A DNA stretch of 63,434 nucleotides, the filler included, from Octopus bimaculoides (Eukaryota), in the NCBI RefSeq assembly GCF_001194135.2. It is 6 parts of 6 records of this genome, joined end to end, with 100 filler letters (N's around TTAATTAATTAA, not from the genome) between each part and the next. Parts side by side here need not be neighbours in the genome. Positions count along the whole stretch, not along the records: positions 19,613 to 34,380 come from NC_068984.1; positions 34,481 to 41,923 come from NC_068997.1; 4 more parts are not named here. One strand, given 5' to 3'. Positions 25,575 through 38,265 of the stretch are shown one piece after another. The position numbers were made by a program, and so were the translations under genes. The first letter of the stretch is position 1; each line of letters opens with the position of its first letter. The notes under the pieces were generated by a model. It was not told the origin of the DNA and did not search any database. It was given only the letters and a program-made list of their open reading frames with translations.

Positions 25575-26560
25575 TTATTGCCTTTGCACAGCTTCTAACG
25601 CTGGAGATGTACTAGTGTCAGCTGTTCATCTCTTATATTCTGAGCTCCTTCCGGAGTATTCAAGCCGTTCCAAACAGAACTGATTTCTGAAAGAGCTCAA
25701 CCCTTATTGCAACCACTATTTGTTCCACGTACTTTTCTTTCTTCCTTAACACATATCTTCTTGCCAACTGGACATGCTATATCTATGATCCAGCATAGTT
25801 TCTTTTCTTTCTCAATTAAGACTATGTCCGGCTTCTTATTCTCTATCGCATGGTCGCACTGAATCATAAAATCCCATAGGATCTTTGCATTTCTGTTTTC
25901 GACGGTGTCTTCAGGTTCGTGCTCGTACCAATTTTTTGCTCTGTCAAATTCATATATGTTGCAAACTGTCAAATGGACAAGCCTGGCTATATTGTGGTGG
26001 AGTCTCTTATATTCCTTCTGGGCTAGTGGCGTATATTGGCTGGTAATATGCCATACGGTTTCACCGTTTTGCCCACAGATTCTGCACTTATCACTTTCTG
26101 ATGTGTTGTCTATTCTGTATTTTATGTAATTTGTTCTTAGTTTCTGCTCTTGGACAGCACAGATTAGAACCTCCATTTCCGGTTTTAAATCACTTTTAGT
26201 CATCCACAGCCATATTTTTCACTATTTGTTTTAGCTTCATCATCCCTATGAAATTGACTATGCATTCTTTTCTTTACCCACCTATTTTCAGTTTCATTCG
26301 TTTTCAATTTCTTGTATAGTGATTTATCTTTGCAATCTTTCATCCTACACAAGTCTGACCTACCTACGTCTAATAATAGCGGTTCTGTGGCTTTTTTTAC
26401 ATACCATGCTGTGTTGTTTTCTCCTGCTCTGATGCTGTGTTCGCATCCAATAAGACCTCTTCCTCCTCTTTTTCTTGAGATATATACAGTCCGTATGTGT
26501 CACTTTTTGGTTGGAGTGACCGATATCTAGTTAGCAACTTCCTTGTCTTTCTGTCTAAGT
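25575..26560 (-). mobile_element. R4/Dong-like LINE 3' fragment
   Basis: ORF 25697-26203: VQEQKLRTNYIKYRID...KCRICGQNGETVWHITS...WYEHEPE...KILWDF...KKPDIVLIE...WIIDIACP; C-terminal GTA*ILRKEL; short (AAT) tail abutting the SINE B tail. Confidence 0.95.
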
Positions 26561-28115
26561 TGTCTTCTTCTTCTTCTTCTTCTTCTTCTTCTTCTTCTTC
26601 TTCTTCTTCTTCTTCTTCTTCTTCTTCTTCTTCTTCTTCTTCTTCTTCTTCTTCTTCTTCTTCTTCTTCTTCTTCTTCTTCTTCTGCTTCTTCTTCTTCT
26701 TCTTCTTCTTTTCTGTTGATACTATATGTTTAGTTGGAGCTTCTGAAGTCTTGCGTGCGTAGTGGGCTTACTACCCGCTGTCTACGGTACCATGCTATTC
26801 GTTCTTTCAGCTATCTCATACTTTTCTGATTAATCTGGCCGTGCCAGTCCAATCAACAGTTGGACTAGCAAAGTAATTATAATCCAATATTGGAAGATTA
26901 CTGAATGTAGTAAAGCAACACCAGAAAAAGAAAGCGCTTTTCTCTATACACAGGGAGGTGGCAAAATACAAAACAGACGCAAACTACACTGACACACTGA
27001 CTTCAGATGGTAACATAGCAGGAATGGTCAGACAATTATTGGTACTCCTACCGTCTTTTTCTGCGACTACAACTGCTTAACCTCCCAAGCTAACTTGCCA
27101 TATTTATCAACTATTCTCCTTTCCTTATCGCATACCTCGTTGTGCGCTGGGTATGCTATATCGATGATCCAGCATCGTTTGTTTTCTTTTTCAATTAACA
27201 CTATATCTGGTTTCCTATTCTCTATGTCATGGTCGCACTGAATCATAAAATCCCATAGGATCTTTGCATTTATATATTCGACAATGCCTTGAGGTTTGTG
27301 GTCGTACCAACTTTTTGCTCTGAAAAGTTCATACTTATTGCAAAATGTCCAATGGTCAAGCCTGGCTATATTGTGGTGGCATGTCTTATATTCCTTCTCG
27401 GCTAGTGGCGTACATTAACTTGTAATATGCCATTCCGTCTCACTATTTTGTCCACAGATTCTGCACTTATCATTTCTGCTCTGTTATCTATTCTGTATTT
27501 GGTGTAATTGGTTCTTAACGCTTGCTCTTGAGCAGCACAGATTACGGTTCCCGGTTTTAAATCACTTTTAGTCATCCATAGTCATCTCTTTTCACTGTCT
27601 CTCTTATATTCAACATCCTTATTCAATTGACAATGCATGCTTTTCTTTATCCACCTTGTTTTCAGTTTCATTCGTTGTGCAGTCTTTGTACAGTGCTTTA
27701 TCTTTGCAATCTTCCGTCCTACACAAGCCTAACTTTCTGACCGCCAAAAATAGCAGTTCTGTGGCATTCTTTACATACCATGCTATGTTGCTTTCTTCTG
27801 CTCTAATGTTGTATTCGCATCCAATCAATCCTCTCCTCACTCTTTTTATTGGCACATGCAGTCTGCTTTTTGGGTGGAGTAGCCCATATCTAGTCAGCAA
27901 CTTCCTTGTCTTTCTGTCTAAGCTGTTTAGTTCGTTTACTGTCCGTGGGATTACCCCTGCTCCATATCTAATAAGTAACAAGGATGTCAAGGTATTAATG
28001 CAATACGGACATTTCAGGCGAGTCCACTTAATCGAACAAAGCAAGCGTTTCATCATTTTGAAATACAATGTCATCTTCAGTTGCAAAATACAAATTTTCA
28101 ACACTCCAGCCATTC
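26561..28115 (-). mobile_element. Second copy of the same LINE family, with a (GAA)n tail (26561-26712) and a ~170-bp foreign segment (about 26860-27030)
   Basis: ORF 27619-28113 (YGAGVIP...LDRKTRKLLTRYGLLHPKS); 27030-27600 parallels 25760-26230; C-terminal TGTARLIRKV at about 26815-26850; 3' UTR 26712-26810. Confidence 0.9.
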
Positions 28116-28441
28116 TATTATAATTATTAGCAAATATCTCATCAGAGCTAGAGAAGGAAAGGCTTCTATGCTGCTACCAATGTGGCAGAATAAGCTTCAA
28201 TTGCATCTTAATTAATTATATATATGGATACATGTATATATGAATATATACAGGTGTGTATATTTGAATATATCTATATATATGTGTATATAGATTTATA
28301 ACCGTGCCTATATGCGTACGCATCTATGCATACGTTTGTATGTGTGCGGGCATGCTCATGTGCCTGTTGATGTAAATGAGTGTGTTGATACACGTTTGGG
28401 CATATAAGTAAGACAAAGCTAATTTTGTGTCCTTCATTTAC

Positions 28442-28500
28442 CTGAATTTGAATTTCATATTTTGGTTTCTTGGATGATCTTTGAAACCAAGATCTGCATC
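28442..28500 (-). CDS. Candidate 59-nt internal exon: (G)CRSWFQRSSKKPKYEIQIQ (phase 1-0) or DADLGFKDHPRNQNMKFKF (phase 0-2)
   Basis: Acceptor tatacatttacag|GATG, donor TTCAG|gtaaat; two frames open; unique sequence. No homology recognised. Confidence 0.35.
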
Positions 28501-29461
28501 CTGTAAATGTATACCAAAGTGATTCACAAAAACGTAAGGTAACAGGTGAATCCTGATTGGTTAAATGTTATAAAACAAAATAAACATGCGACACTTTTGC
28601 AGAAGATATTGGAGAATACTAAAATTTGCGCGAATTATATTTTGTCTACAAAACCACAGAGGGAATCAGTCACTGACGGAAAAGAGTTCTTAGTTTCTAA
28701 CTTTGTTAAAAATTACTTCGATTCTGTTTAAGGAATAAAAGTACTTTCTGATTTAAAGTAGGTTATTTGTATGAATATCAATTACTTATAAGGCTACAAA
28801 ATCAAATTTAGCGGAAAAAATCTATATATCTATCTACACACATGCGCTGCACGCGCACGAACACACACATACACACACACACACATGCACATACGGAGAG
28901 AAAGCGAGAGATAGAGAAAGAGAGTGAGCTACGCAAACAAATATGAAGTACGAGAGATAGACCGACACATGAACGTCAATTAAGCCGAAAATGATTTGAT
29001 CCGTATTGTAGAGAAAACGAGAACGTAGTAGTTACACACATACACATAAGTATATATATATATATANNNNNNNNNNNNNNNNNNNNNNNNNNNNNNNNNN
29101 NNNNNNNNNNNNNNNNNNNNNNNNNNNNNNNNNNNNNNNNNNNNNNNNNNNNNNNNNNNNNNNNNNNNNNNNNNNNNNNNNNNNNNNNNNNNNNNNNNNN
29201 NNNNNNNNNNNNNNNNNNNNNNNNNNNNNNNNNNNNNNNNNNNNNNNNNNNNNNNNNNNNNNNNNNNNNNNNNNNNNNNNNNNNNNNNNNNNNNNNNNNN
29301 NNNNNNNNNNNNNNNNNNATGAGTTCTTGAAAATTGGTTATTTTCCCTAAAACTATATATATTTTATATATACTTTATCTATAAGGCTCAATTTAATTTT
29401 AATTTTTTATAAATTGATTTTAATTGAGTTTTTTACCTGTAATTTTGGATTTTGTCCCTAA

Positions 29462-29492
<31 letters not shown>

Positions 29493-29680
29493 GCATTTAT
29501 ATATATATGTGTATATATGTATATATGTATGTATATATATATATATGTATATATATGTATATATATGTGTGTGTATATATACATGTATATATGTATATAT
29601 ATGCATATATATATATGTGTTTATATATATATGTATATATATGTATGTAAATATATGTTTGTATGTATGTGTATATATAT

Positions 29681-29774
<94 letters not shown>

Positions 29775-29787
29775 GTATAGATATATA

Positions 29788-30993
29788 CAGGGTTTGGACA
29801 AAATAAGGGAAAACTAGCTTCATAACATCATAATTTTGAAATATCTATAAAACCATGAATAGGTTGTTCCTTTTTATGTTTTTTTTTATTTATTATTAGT
29901 GTTGCTTAATATGCTTTGCTAAAATTGCTCTTTCATTTCAAATATAATCAGAAAAATGTAATTGAAATTCACTAAAATGAAAGATCTATCAGACTTTCAT
30001 AGAGGTCAAATTGTTGGTGCTCATATAGAAAGCGCTAGCGTAACGAAAACAGCCGAAATGTTTGGTCTAACTATGACAGCCTTTGAGAAAGAGGGAAACC
30101 TCCGCATCGAAAGAAAACTCTGGAAGAAACACAAAATTTTCAGATAGGGAACGTCTGACTCTTATGCGAATTGTTAGAAAGGATCACAGCTCCCCAAATT
30201 ACTGGAGAGCTTAATGATCACCTAGAGAATTCAGTTTACACAAAAACTGTTCACCGGGAGCTGCACACAGCCGGATTCTACGTGAGGGCTGCAATCAGTA
30301 AACCACTACTTTTAAAAACAAACGTTACTAAGCGTTTAGAGTGGAAGAATGTTATTTTCTTTGACGAGTTATCCCTTACCCTATTTCTAACCACCGGCCG
30401 AGTATATATGTGGAGGCTGCTAAAAGAAGTATTTGACCCGATTGCTTTCTTCCATCTGTTAAACATGGAGAAGTATCTGTGATGATCTGGGGCGTGAGGC
30501 TATAACTTGAAAATCCTCCGGCCCAATGGTTTCCCTTCACGGGAGAATTAATAGTCAAGACTATTTAAGTATTTTATCTGAGAAAATTCATCCTATGTTT
30601 GCGGGACTGTTTCCGGAGAGAAACGCAATCTTTCAGGATGATAATGCACCAATTCACACAGCTAAAGTTGTTATTGAATGGCACGAGGAACATTCTAGTT
30701 GAACATCTTATCTGACCACCACAGTCCCCAGATCTCAGTATTATTGAACATTTATGATGCATTTAAAAAAAAACAAGTAAGAATTTGCTTTCCTCCACCA
30801 TCATCACTACAAGGAGTGGAGACTGTTTTAGCTGAAGAATGGACAAAAATTCTTTTGGAAACAATTCAAACTTTGTACGAGTCCATACTTCGTAGAATTC
30901 ATGCTGTAATTACTACTAAAGGCGGTCCTACCGCATATTAAAATAACTTTGTTTGAAACTTCAAGGTATTTCCATTATTTTGTCCAATCCCTA
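29788..30993 (+). mobile_element. Full-length Tc1 (DD34E) DNA transposon with disrupted transposase, in (TA)n
   Basis: Left TIR TA|CAGGGTTTGGACAAAATAAGGGAAAAC; right TIR reverse complement TA|TAGGGATTGGACAAAATAATGGAAATAC. Protein pieces DLSDFHRGQIVGA, KNVIFFDE, IFQDDNAPIH, PPQSPDLSIIEHL, KGGPTAY* with frameshifts and stops. Confidence 0.95.
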
Positions 30994-32499
30994 TATATAT
31001 ATATATATTATATGTCATCACACTTATAAACACATATTAACATATCTATGAATTTTGATATCTATTATTCTATATCTGTTTATATCAATACTTGAAGTTG
31101 TTACATCTCTCATTTCCACGTTATAATTTTGACAGAAATACTAGAGGCAGACATAATTTCAACAAATCTAGAACATTTTGTGATATTTTACTTGATATAC
31201 TTTTATTTATCTATGTTGTTCATATATATATGCCGCTGGCCACTCGTATTCATATCTCTTATTTTTTCTTGTAGTTATGTGAATACATGTTGTTGACTTT
31301 CGGGGACCCAGGCGAAACTGCATTGAATTTACCTACCAACAAAGGCGTCGAAGACAGGACTCCTCGATCGGATATGAATATGCAGGCTATATTAGCCTGT
31401 CTAACCGAATTAGTTGTGTGCCTGCAAGTTTAAAGGATATTGGTTGCAATTTCTATCAGCTAAAGCAACCATGTTTCACTATAAACTTTACGGGTTACTA
31501 TATATTTGAGAACAGAAAATGAAAATATTGTCAGTACCGTAAACAGAAAAATGTACATGAACTGTTGATCAAATAATCCCCGTTAGAGTTAAATGTTTAC
31601 ATTATTCATCTGACCTCACTTTCGGTGACTATGGAATACATTTACTTGAATGTATGTGATTATTAAATGCTGATATTTGTTATTTCTACTATTTCTCATT
31701 TTGATAATATATCAATGCCATTTACTTTCTAAATCTAAAAGATTTATATTCCTAAAAGAAACCTCTGTTTGGGGAGCCGCACAATGTTTAACTAATTCAC
31801 CATAATCTAACAGTATTTAAATCTATATTTAACAAGGATCGTATAGTTTTGTCACGTATTACATTTTTTATTAAGTGGTATATGTTTCTATATACTACAT
31901 TACTGTCACGTATTCACTAGAAATATTTGTTGCAGAACTTACTTTAAATCACATGTTTATGTTTTATAACTTGTTCTCTGCCAGCAACAATAACTATAAC
32001 AGCATCAATAATGGGAATAATAGTAATGGCAATATATTACGTAGGGTTGCCGTATACTATTTAATCGTGAAATGGAACAGGAGCTGTGATATATTAAGTT
32101 TTTAGCCAAGGGAATTAACGAAATAAAATGTAATTCTACGTACAAGGATCTGATATGGATAATAAACTTAAAATACTCTCCAAAACAAACGTTTATGCGA
32201 ATCCAAGAATAAATATACGATGTAATTTATCCATCCCCTAAATCTTTCTGAATTGAATGAAATGCCACAAGAGTTGATTTCAGTGTTCATTCCTCAAGAA
32301 TCTAAATTGTAGCACTTAAAGAATTCATTTCACAGTAATTTACGTTACTTTATCAGCCAAAAGATGGTCTACCATAGATATGATTTTTATAGATAATTTT
32401 CGCGATTATTACTGGATGGCGAATTGGTGGGATTTTTAAACTAATGATCAAAAGTATTTTCAGTATTCCTTGTAAATCTTTGAAATGAAATTCATCATT

Positions 32500-33235
32500 A
32501 TTACCATTATTATTGTCATAATTATAATTGTTGCTGTTGTTTGTTGCTTCTCTTATTGCGCTTATATCCCGGCTTTATGTTCTCCTGGATAATCTATGCC
32601 AAAAAGTCAGCTTTTTCGTGCAACTTAGAGAAGCTATTTTTTCCTTAAGCTACTTTTTTTCTCTGCAGGTTTCAACTTTTGTTATCAGGTTTTGTTTTCC
32701 TTGAAATGATTCCGATCGCACAAATCATGATAGTGTTATACTAATTCTTAAATTTATATGAATACACTCCACTTGGAATGCCAGGTCTTCTTTCCTTTCG
32801 TCATTCTCATTCTCTGTCTTCACAATATTGTAATCTGCAAGTACCAGTTTGTTTAATGAAGATCAATTCTTTGGTCTTTTGATACAAGAAACAGATAGCC
32901 AGTCGAGTGTGCTTCAGCTTTTCATAACTCATACAAGTTTTGCTTGATTATTCTCTGTGATTAGCAAGTGTTTTTCTTCGTACCATTTGTCGGTACGCAA
33001 TAGCCCGTACCTTCTGCAATACTCCCAGTGTAACAGCTATGCAATATTGACGTGGTGATTTTGCACGCTTTCTGGACCAGTATCGAACATCCACTTGCTA
33101 AATACCTGGTTGCTTTGGATGATTCTACGCATAATCTATAGAGGTGTTTCTGCCATCTTATCAAAGCTGTACTTGATTGCTTTTGTCCGCAAAGCTTGAT
33201 CTTCAGCTGCATGCAAGAAACACTCATTTAAAAAT
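32500..33235 (-). mobile_element. Old RLE LINE remnant
   Basis: Minus strand: FLHAAEDQALRTKAIKYSFDK...HHVNIA*LLHWEYCRRYG...DKWYEE. Confidence 0.75.
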
Positions 33236-33262
33236 CCAAAATTTCTAGAATAGATTAGCAGG

Positions 33263-33312
<50 letters not shown>

Positions 33313-33345
33313 GTAGTAAAAGTAGTAGCAAAATAGCAAACTTAC

Positions 33346-33393
33346 CGATTATTATTATTAAAAGTATTAGTTTTTTGTTTTCTTCAGGGGTAT
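33346..33393 (-). CDS. Candidate 48-nt phase 1-1 exon xTPEENKKLILLIIII(G), resembling the start of a transmembrane helix
   Basis: Strong acceptor tatcttttcactatattcccgcatcag|ATA and donor ATCG|gtaagt; open symmetric frame. Caveat: the IIII comes from a short (AAT) run. Confidence 0.35.
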
Positions 33394-34017
33394 CTGATGC
33401 GGGAATATAGTGAAAAGATATTTTACAATATTTGAGTTAGCTGTTGTCAGAGAATAAGCTACTGTAAATTATAATTTACTGTATGTTTAACACTTCCATG
33501 AACTGAATACTTTCATTCTTTTAAAGTGTTTACATACACATATATGCACATGTATTCATACATTCGTGTGTGCGTGTGTGTTTATGCGTGTTGGTGTGTG
33601 TGTGTGTGTATATATAATATATGTATCTATGCAGTTGTGAATTTTATATCAATCTATATTTATATGAATTCGTTACAGGGATCCTTAAGATTCAAGCACG
33701 TCAATCCGTAGGACCCTAGAATGGCTAGGTACGATGACATAGAGCTCACAGTTACATAAACAACATTGAACACTTCAAGTATAGGTAGTATACCGTAGAT
33801 ATGCAAATACTAAATACAATTTATAACTATAGATCCAACTCAGGAGTAGGTTGTCAGTGTGTTGGTATAAAACGTAAACACACTTAGCGTTTCGAATCTG
33901 CAGTAGCTGTTTCGGCAGAATTTATTTAACGCACTCATGTAAAACTGCATCATAATTTTCAATCCACCACCATTAGGTAAAATTTCAAACAGGTAATATC
34001 AATCTTTAAAATCTTAC

Positions 34018-34050
34018 AAGACTGTATTAAATGAAATTCTACTGATCCAG
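34018..34050 (-). CDS. Candidate 33-nt phase 1-1 exon (A)GSVEFHLIQS
   Basis: Acceptor tttacactttacgacag|CTG, donor CTT|gtaaga; phase-compatible with 33346-33393. Confidence 0.2.
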
Positions 34051-34090
34051 CTGTCGTAAAGTGTAAACGCCATTTTTGTTTGGCGTATAC

Positions 34091-34131
<41 letters not shown>

Positions 34132-34168
34132 CATACACATACACACACACACCCACACATATATATAC

Positions 34169-34201
<33 letters not shown>

Positions 34202-34931
34202 GATATATATGTCTATATATATGTGTGTATAAAATGAACTTCTACATAGAACCTTCCAATATATACAGGAATGACACACACACGCTCAACAAAACTTCCT
34301 TTCTAAAAAACACTTACAGCTTTCTAGATACGGCTAATAGAGCTGATGTCACAAACAACGTATGTGGTGGAATGTTTGCTNNNNNNNNNNNNNNNNNNNN
34401 NNNNNNNNNNNNNNNNNNNNNNNNTTAATTAATTAANNNNNNNNNNNNNNNNNNNNNNNNNNNNNNNNNNNNNNNNNNNNTTATCTTATGGATATGAAAA
34501 GCAAAATTTGTATATAAATAGATATACATGCTCATTATTATTTAATGAAATTTAAAATTTCTCAAAATGCTTAAAAGGTAAAACCAATTCGTTCCTGAGC
34601 AGCGGTTGATCACCACACACATACACGCACACACACATACACACAAACACACACATACACACAAACACACACATACACACACACACACACACATATATAC
34701 ATAGGTATATATGTTTGTAGGTGGGTAGGTATGTATATATAAATATCTATGTAGGCATGTATTTAGATTGGCGTCGGTTTGGCTGTGCGCTAGTAAAAGT
34801 AGCTATGCAACCATATGGTTCCAGCTTTGATCAAACAATGAACCATCATCCCAAATACCATCAATTATGGCTTTGTACATATACTGTACCTCAGCAATTT
34901 GAGACTGGAATTTGGTTGGTGGAATTTAAAC

Positions 34932-34962
<31 letters not shown>

Positions 34963-35889
34963 AACAACGTATTTATTTTGTGTAAATGTATTTGTGTATG
35001 TATATATATGAATATATATATATGTGTATATATGTATATATATGTATATATATATGTGTGTGTGTATACACGCACCCCCAGATACACTAAGTCTTATCTT
35101 TATATATTTTTCAACATAACTTTCTGTCTGTCCATCTACCTATGTACCTACCTACCTACCTACCTACCTACCTACCTACCTACCTACCTATCTATCTATC
35201 TATCTCTCTATCTATATATCTGTGACACTGATTTCTTTTCTTCTTCTTATGAATGCTCCACGGTTTGTATTTATTTATATTATGTTTTCCGATTGTTTTT
35301 TCTTTTTATTTCTTCACATTTTTATATGAGGTGCGAATATAAACATGGCGTCTAAAATTAATTGAAGACGTCCCTGGTTGTGTTTATANNNNNNNNNNNN
35401 NNNNNNNNNNNNNNNNNNNNNNNNNNNNNNNNNNNNNNNNNNNNNNNNNNNNNNNNNNNNNNNNNNNNNNNNNNNNNNNNNNNNNNNNNNNNNNNNNNNN
35501 NNNNNNNNNNNNNNNNNNNNNNNNNNNNNNNNNNNNNNNNNNNNNNNNNNNNNNNNNNNNNNNNNNNNNNNNNNNNNNNNNNNNNNNNNNNNNNNNNNNN
35601 NNNNNNNNNNNNNNNNNNNNNNNNNNNNNNNNNNNNNNNNNNNNNNNNNNNNNNNNNNNNNNNNNNNNNNNNNNNNNNNNNNNNNNNNNNNNNNNNNNNN
35701 NNNNNNNNNNNNNNNNNNNNNNNNNNNNNNNNNNNNNNNNNNNNNNNNNNNNNNNNNNNNNNNNNNNNNNNNNNNNNNNNNNNNNNNNNNNNNNNNNNNN
35801 NNNNNNNNNNNNNNNNNNNNNNNNNNNNNNNNNNNNNNNNNNNNNNNNNNNNNNNNNNNNNNNNNNNNNNNNNNNNNNNNNNNNNNNNN

Positions 35890-35938
<49 letters not shown>

Positions 35939-36055
35939 ACACACACACACACACAAATATATATATCTATATCTACATATATATAAATACACACACACAC
36001 TCACACATACATACATATAAAACAAGAACACGAATGTATATAAATATATATCTAT

Positions 36056-36098
<43 letters not shown>

Positions 36099-36393
36099 CA
36101 CAGCACAGATGAACGCAGAATTATTGCAATGTATGTATATAAAACAGTTATAAGATATACATGCCAAATCTCTTGCTCTGCTTGTTAGAAATACAAGCTG
36201 TATAGCCATGGTAGCTCTTTTTGCGATCTTCAACATGGCAGTATGTATGTAGATCTTGTTATATATATATCCATACAGTTAAGAGTGACTTGGAACCACG
36301 TTGCTCTTTTTAAGTCTGTTTCGAACAGAGCTGACCTAAAATCGAATAATTTACATCGAGAGAGATAAGAACCACTATAAAGCTGACAAATTC

Positions 36394-36637
36394 GCCATCA
36401 TCATCATCATCATCATCTTCGACGTCATTGTTGCCGTCGTTATCGTCGTCACCGTCATCGTCGTCGTCGTCGCCGTCGACACTGGCTCCATCAACTTCGT
36501 CATCATCTTAGACGCTGTCGTCGATACCATTAGGAACATTATAATCATCGTCATCAGCTTCATCACTACGACCATTATCGCCACGAACGTCGTCGCCGTC
36601 GAAACTCATCATCATCCTCATCATCATCACCACCACC

Positions 36638-36690
<53 letters not shown>

Positions 36691-36868
36691 AGTTGCCATC
36701 ACCATATTCATCATCATCATAATCATCATCATCATTATCATCATCATTATAATAGTTGTCATCACCATATTCATCATCATCATCATCATCATCATCATAA
36801 TAGTTGTCATCACCATATTCATCATCATCATCATCCTCATTATTATCGTTATTGTTATCATCCTCATC
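36394..36868. repeat. Compound (CAT/CGT/CAC)n microsatellite containing three copies of ATAGTTG(T/C)CATCACCATATTCATCATC
   Basis: Direct reading; unit copies near 36688, 36752 and 36798. Confidence 0.9.
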
Positions 36869-37476
36869 NNNNNNNNNNNNNNNNNNNNNNNNNNNNNNNN
36901 NNNNNNNNNNNNNNNNNNNNNNNNNNNNNNNNNNNNNNNNNNNNNNNNNNNNNNNNNNNNNNNNNNNNNNNNNNNNNNNNNNNNNNNNNNNNNNNNNNNN
37001 NNNNNNNNNNNNNNNNNNNNNNNNNNNNNNNNNNNNNNNNNNNNNNNNNNNNNNNNNNNNNNNNNNNNNNNNNNNNNNNNNNNNNNNNNNNNNNNNNNNN
37101 NNNNNNNNNNNNNNNNNNNNNNNNNNNNNNNNNNNNNNNNNNNNNNNNNNNNNNNNNNNNNNNNNNNNNNNNNNNNNNNNNNNNNNNNNNNNNNNNNNNN
37201 NNNNNNNNNNNNNNNNNNNNNNNNNNNNNNNNNNNNNNNNNNNNNNNNNNNNNNNNNNNNNNNNNNNNNNNNNNNNNNNNNNNNNNNNNNNNNNNNNNNN
37301 NNNNNNNNNNNNNNNNNNNNNGCCTTGGGTATGTGCTGTGGTTTGCTGTGATGCTTTTATGGTTACTGTATTGAAAGTGTTTTGCGTAGGATGTGTGCAG
37401 TGCCCAGTAGTGCAAGTTTCTGTATGTTATATATATTTGTAAGTCCTGGTGTTTTTGTTATGTATTTGTCTGAATA

Positions 37477-37516
<40 letters not shown>

Positions 37517-37519
37517 TAT

Positions 37520-37700
37520 CTTTCTTCTTGATACTGATTTCAAATTTTGTCAAAAGGCCAGCAGTGCTCAACTGGTACTTAACTTATCGAACCCGAGACG
37601 ATGAAATGCAAAGTCGACCTCAGCAGAACTTTAACTCAGGACGTGAAGAGCGACTTATTACCACAAAGCATTGTGCTCGGCGTACTATCGATTCTACCAC
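37520..37700 (-). mobile_element. SINE family B, partial, next to (ATT)n
   Basis: CAACTGGTACTTAACTTATCG...GCAAAGTCGACCTCAGCAGAACTTTAACTCAG. Confidence 0.8.
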
Positions 37701-37741
37701 CTTACCACCCTGTCTTTTTTTTCCTTCTTAATATTATTATC

Positions 37742-38183
37742 AAGTCAGTGAGCTGGCAGAATCATTATCACGCCTGACAAAATGCTTAGCAACATTTCGT
37801 TCGTCTTTACGTTCGCTTTCGAACTACGCTGAGGTTGACTTTGACTTTTATCGTTTGAGGGGCGCAGAAATAAGCAGGAGTTACGCACAAGGGTCAATAT
37901 AATCGAAAAAAAACCCACTTCCCAGAAATTATAGGCATTGTCCTAAAATTTGAAACCGTTATTATTAAAGCGGTGAGCAGGAACAATCGTTAGAATATTT
38001 GGCGAAATGCTTAACGGTATTTCGTCCATCTTGAAGTTCTGAGTTCAAATGACGCCGAGTTCAACTTTCCTCCTTTCATCTCATTTCGAGGTCGATAAAA
38101 TAAGTACCAGTTGAACACTGTTGTCGATGTAATCGCCTCATTCCTTCCCTCAAAATTGCTGTTCTTGTGGCAAAATTTGAAAC

Positions 38184-38243
<60 letters not shown>

Positions 38244-38265
38244 CATCATCTTTATTATTGTTGTT
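37742..38265 (+). mobile_element. Two head-to-tail family B SINEs (37742-37966, 37967-38265) ending in (ATT)n
   Basis: Heads GAGCTGGCAGAATC and AAAGCGGTGAGCAGGAAC; tails AAAATTTGAAAC(C)-(ATT)n. Confidence 0.85.
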
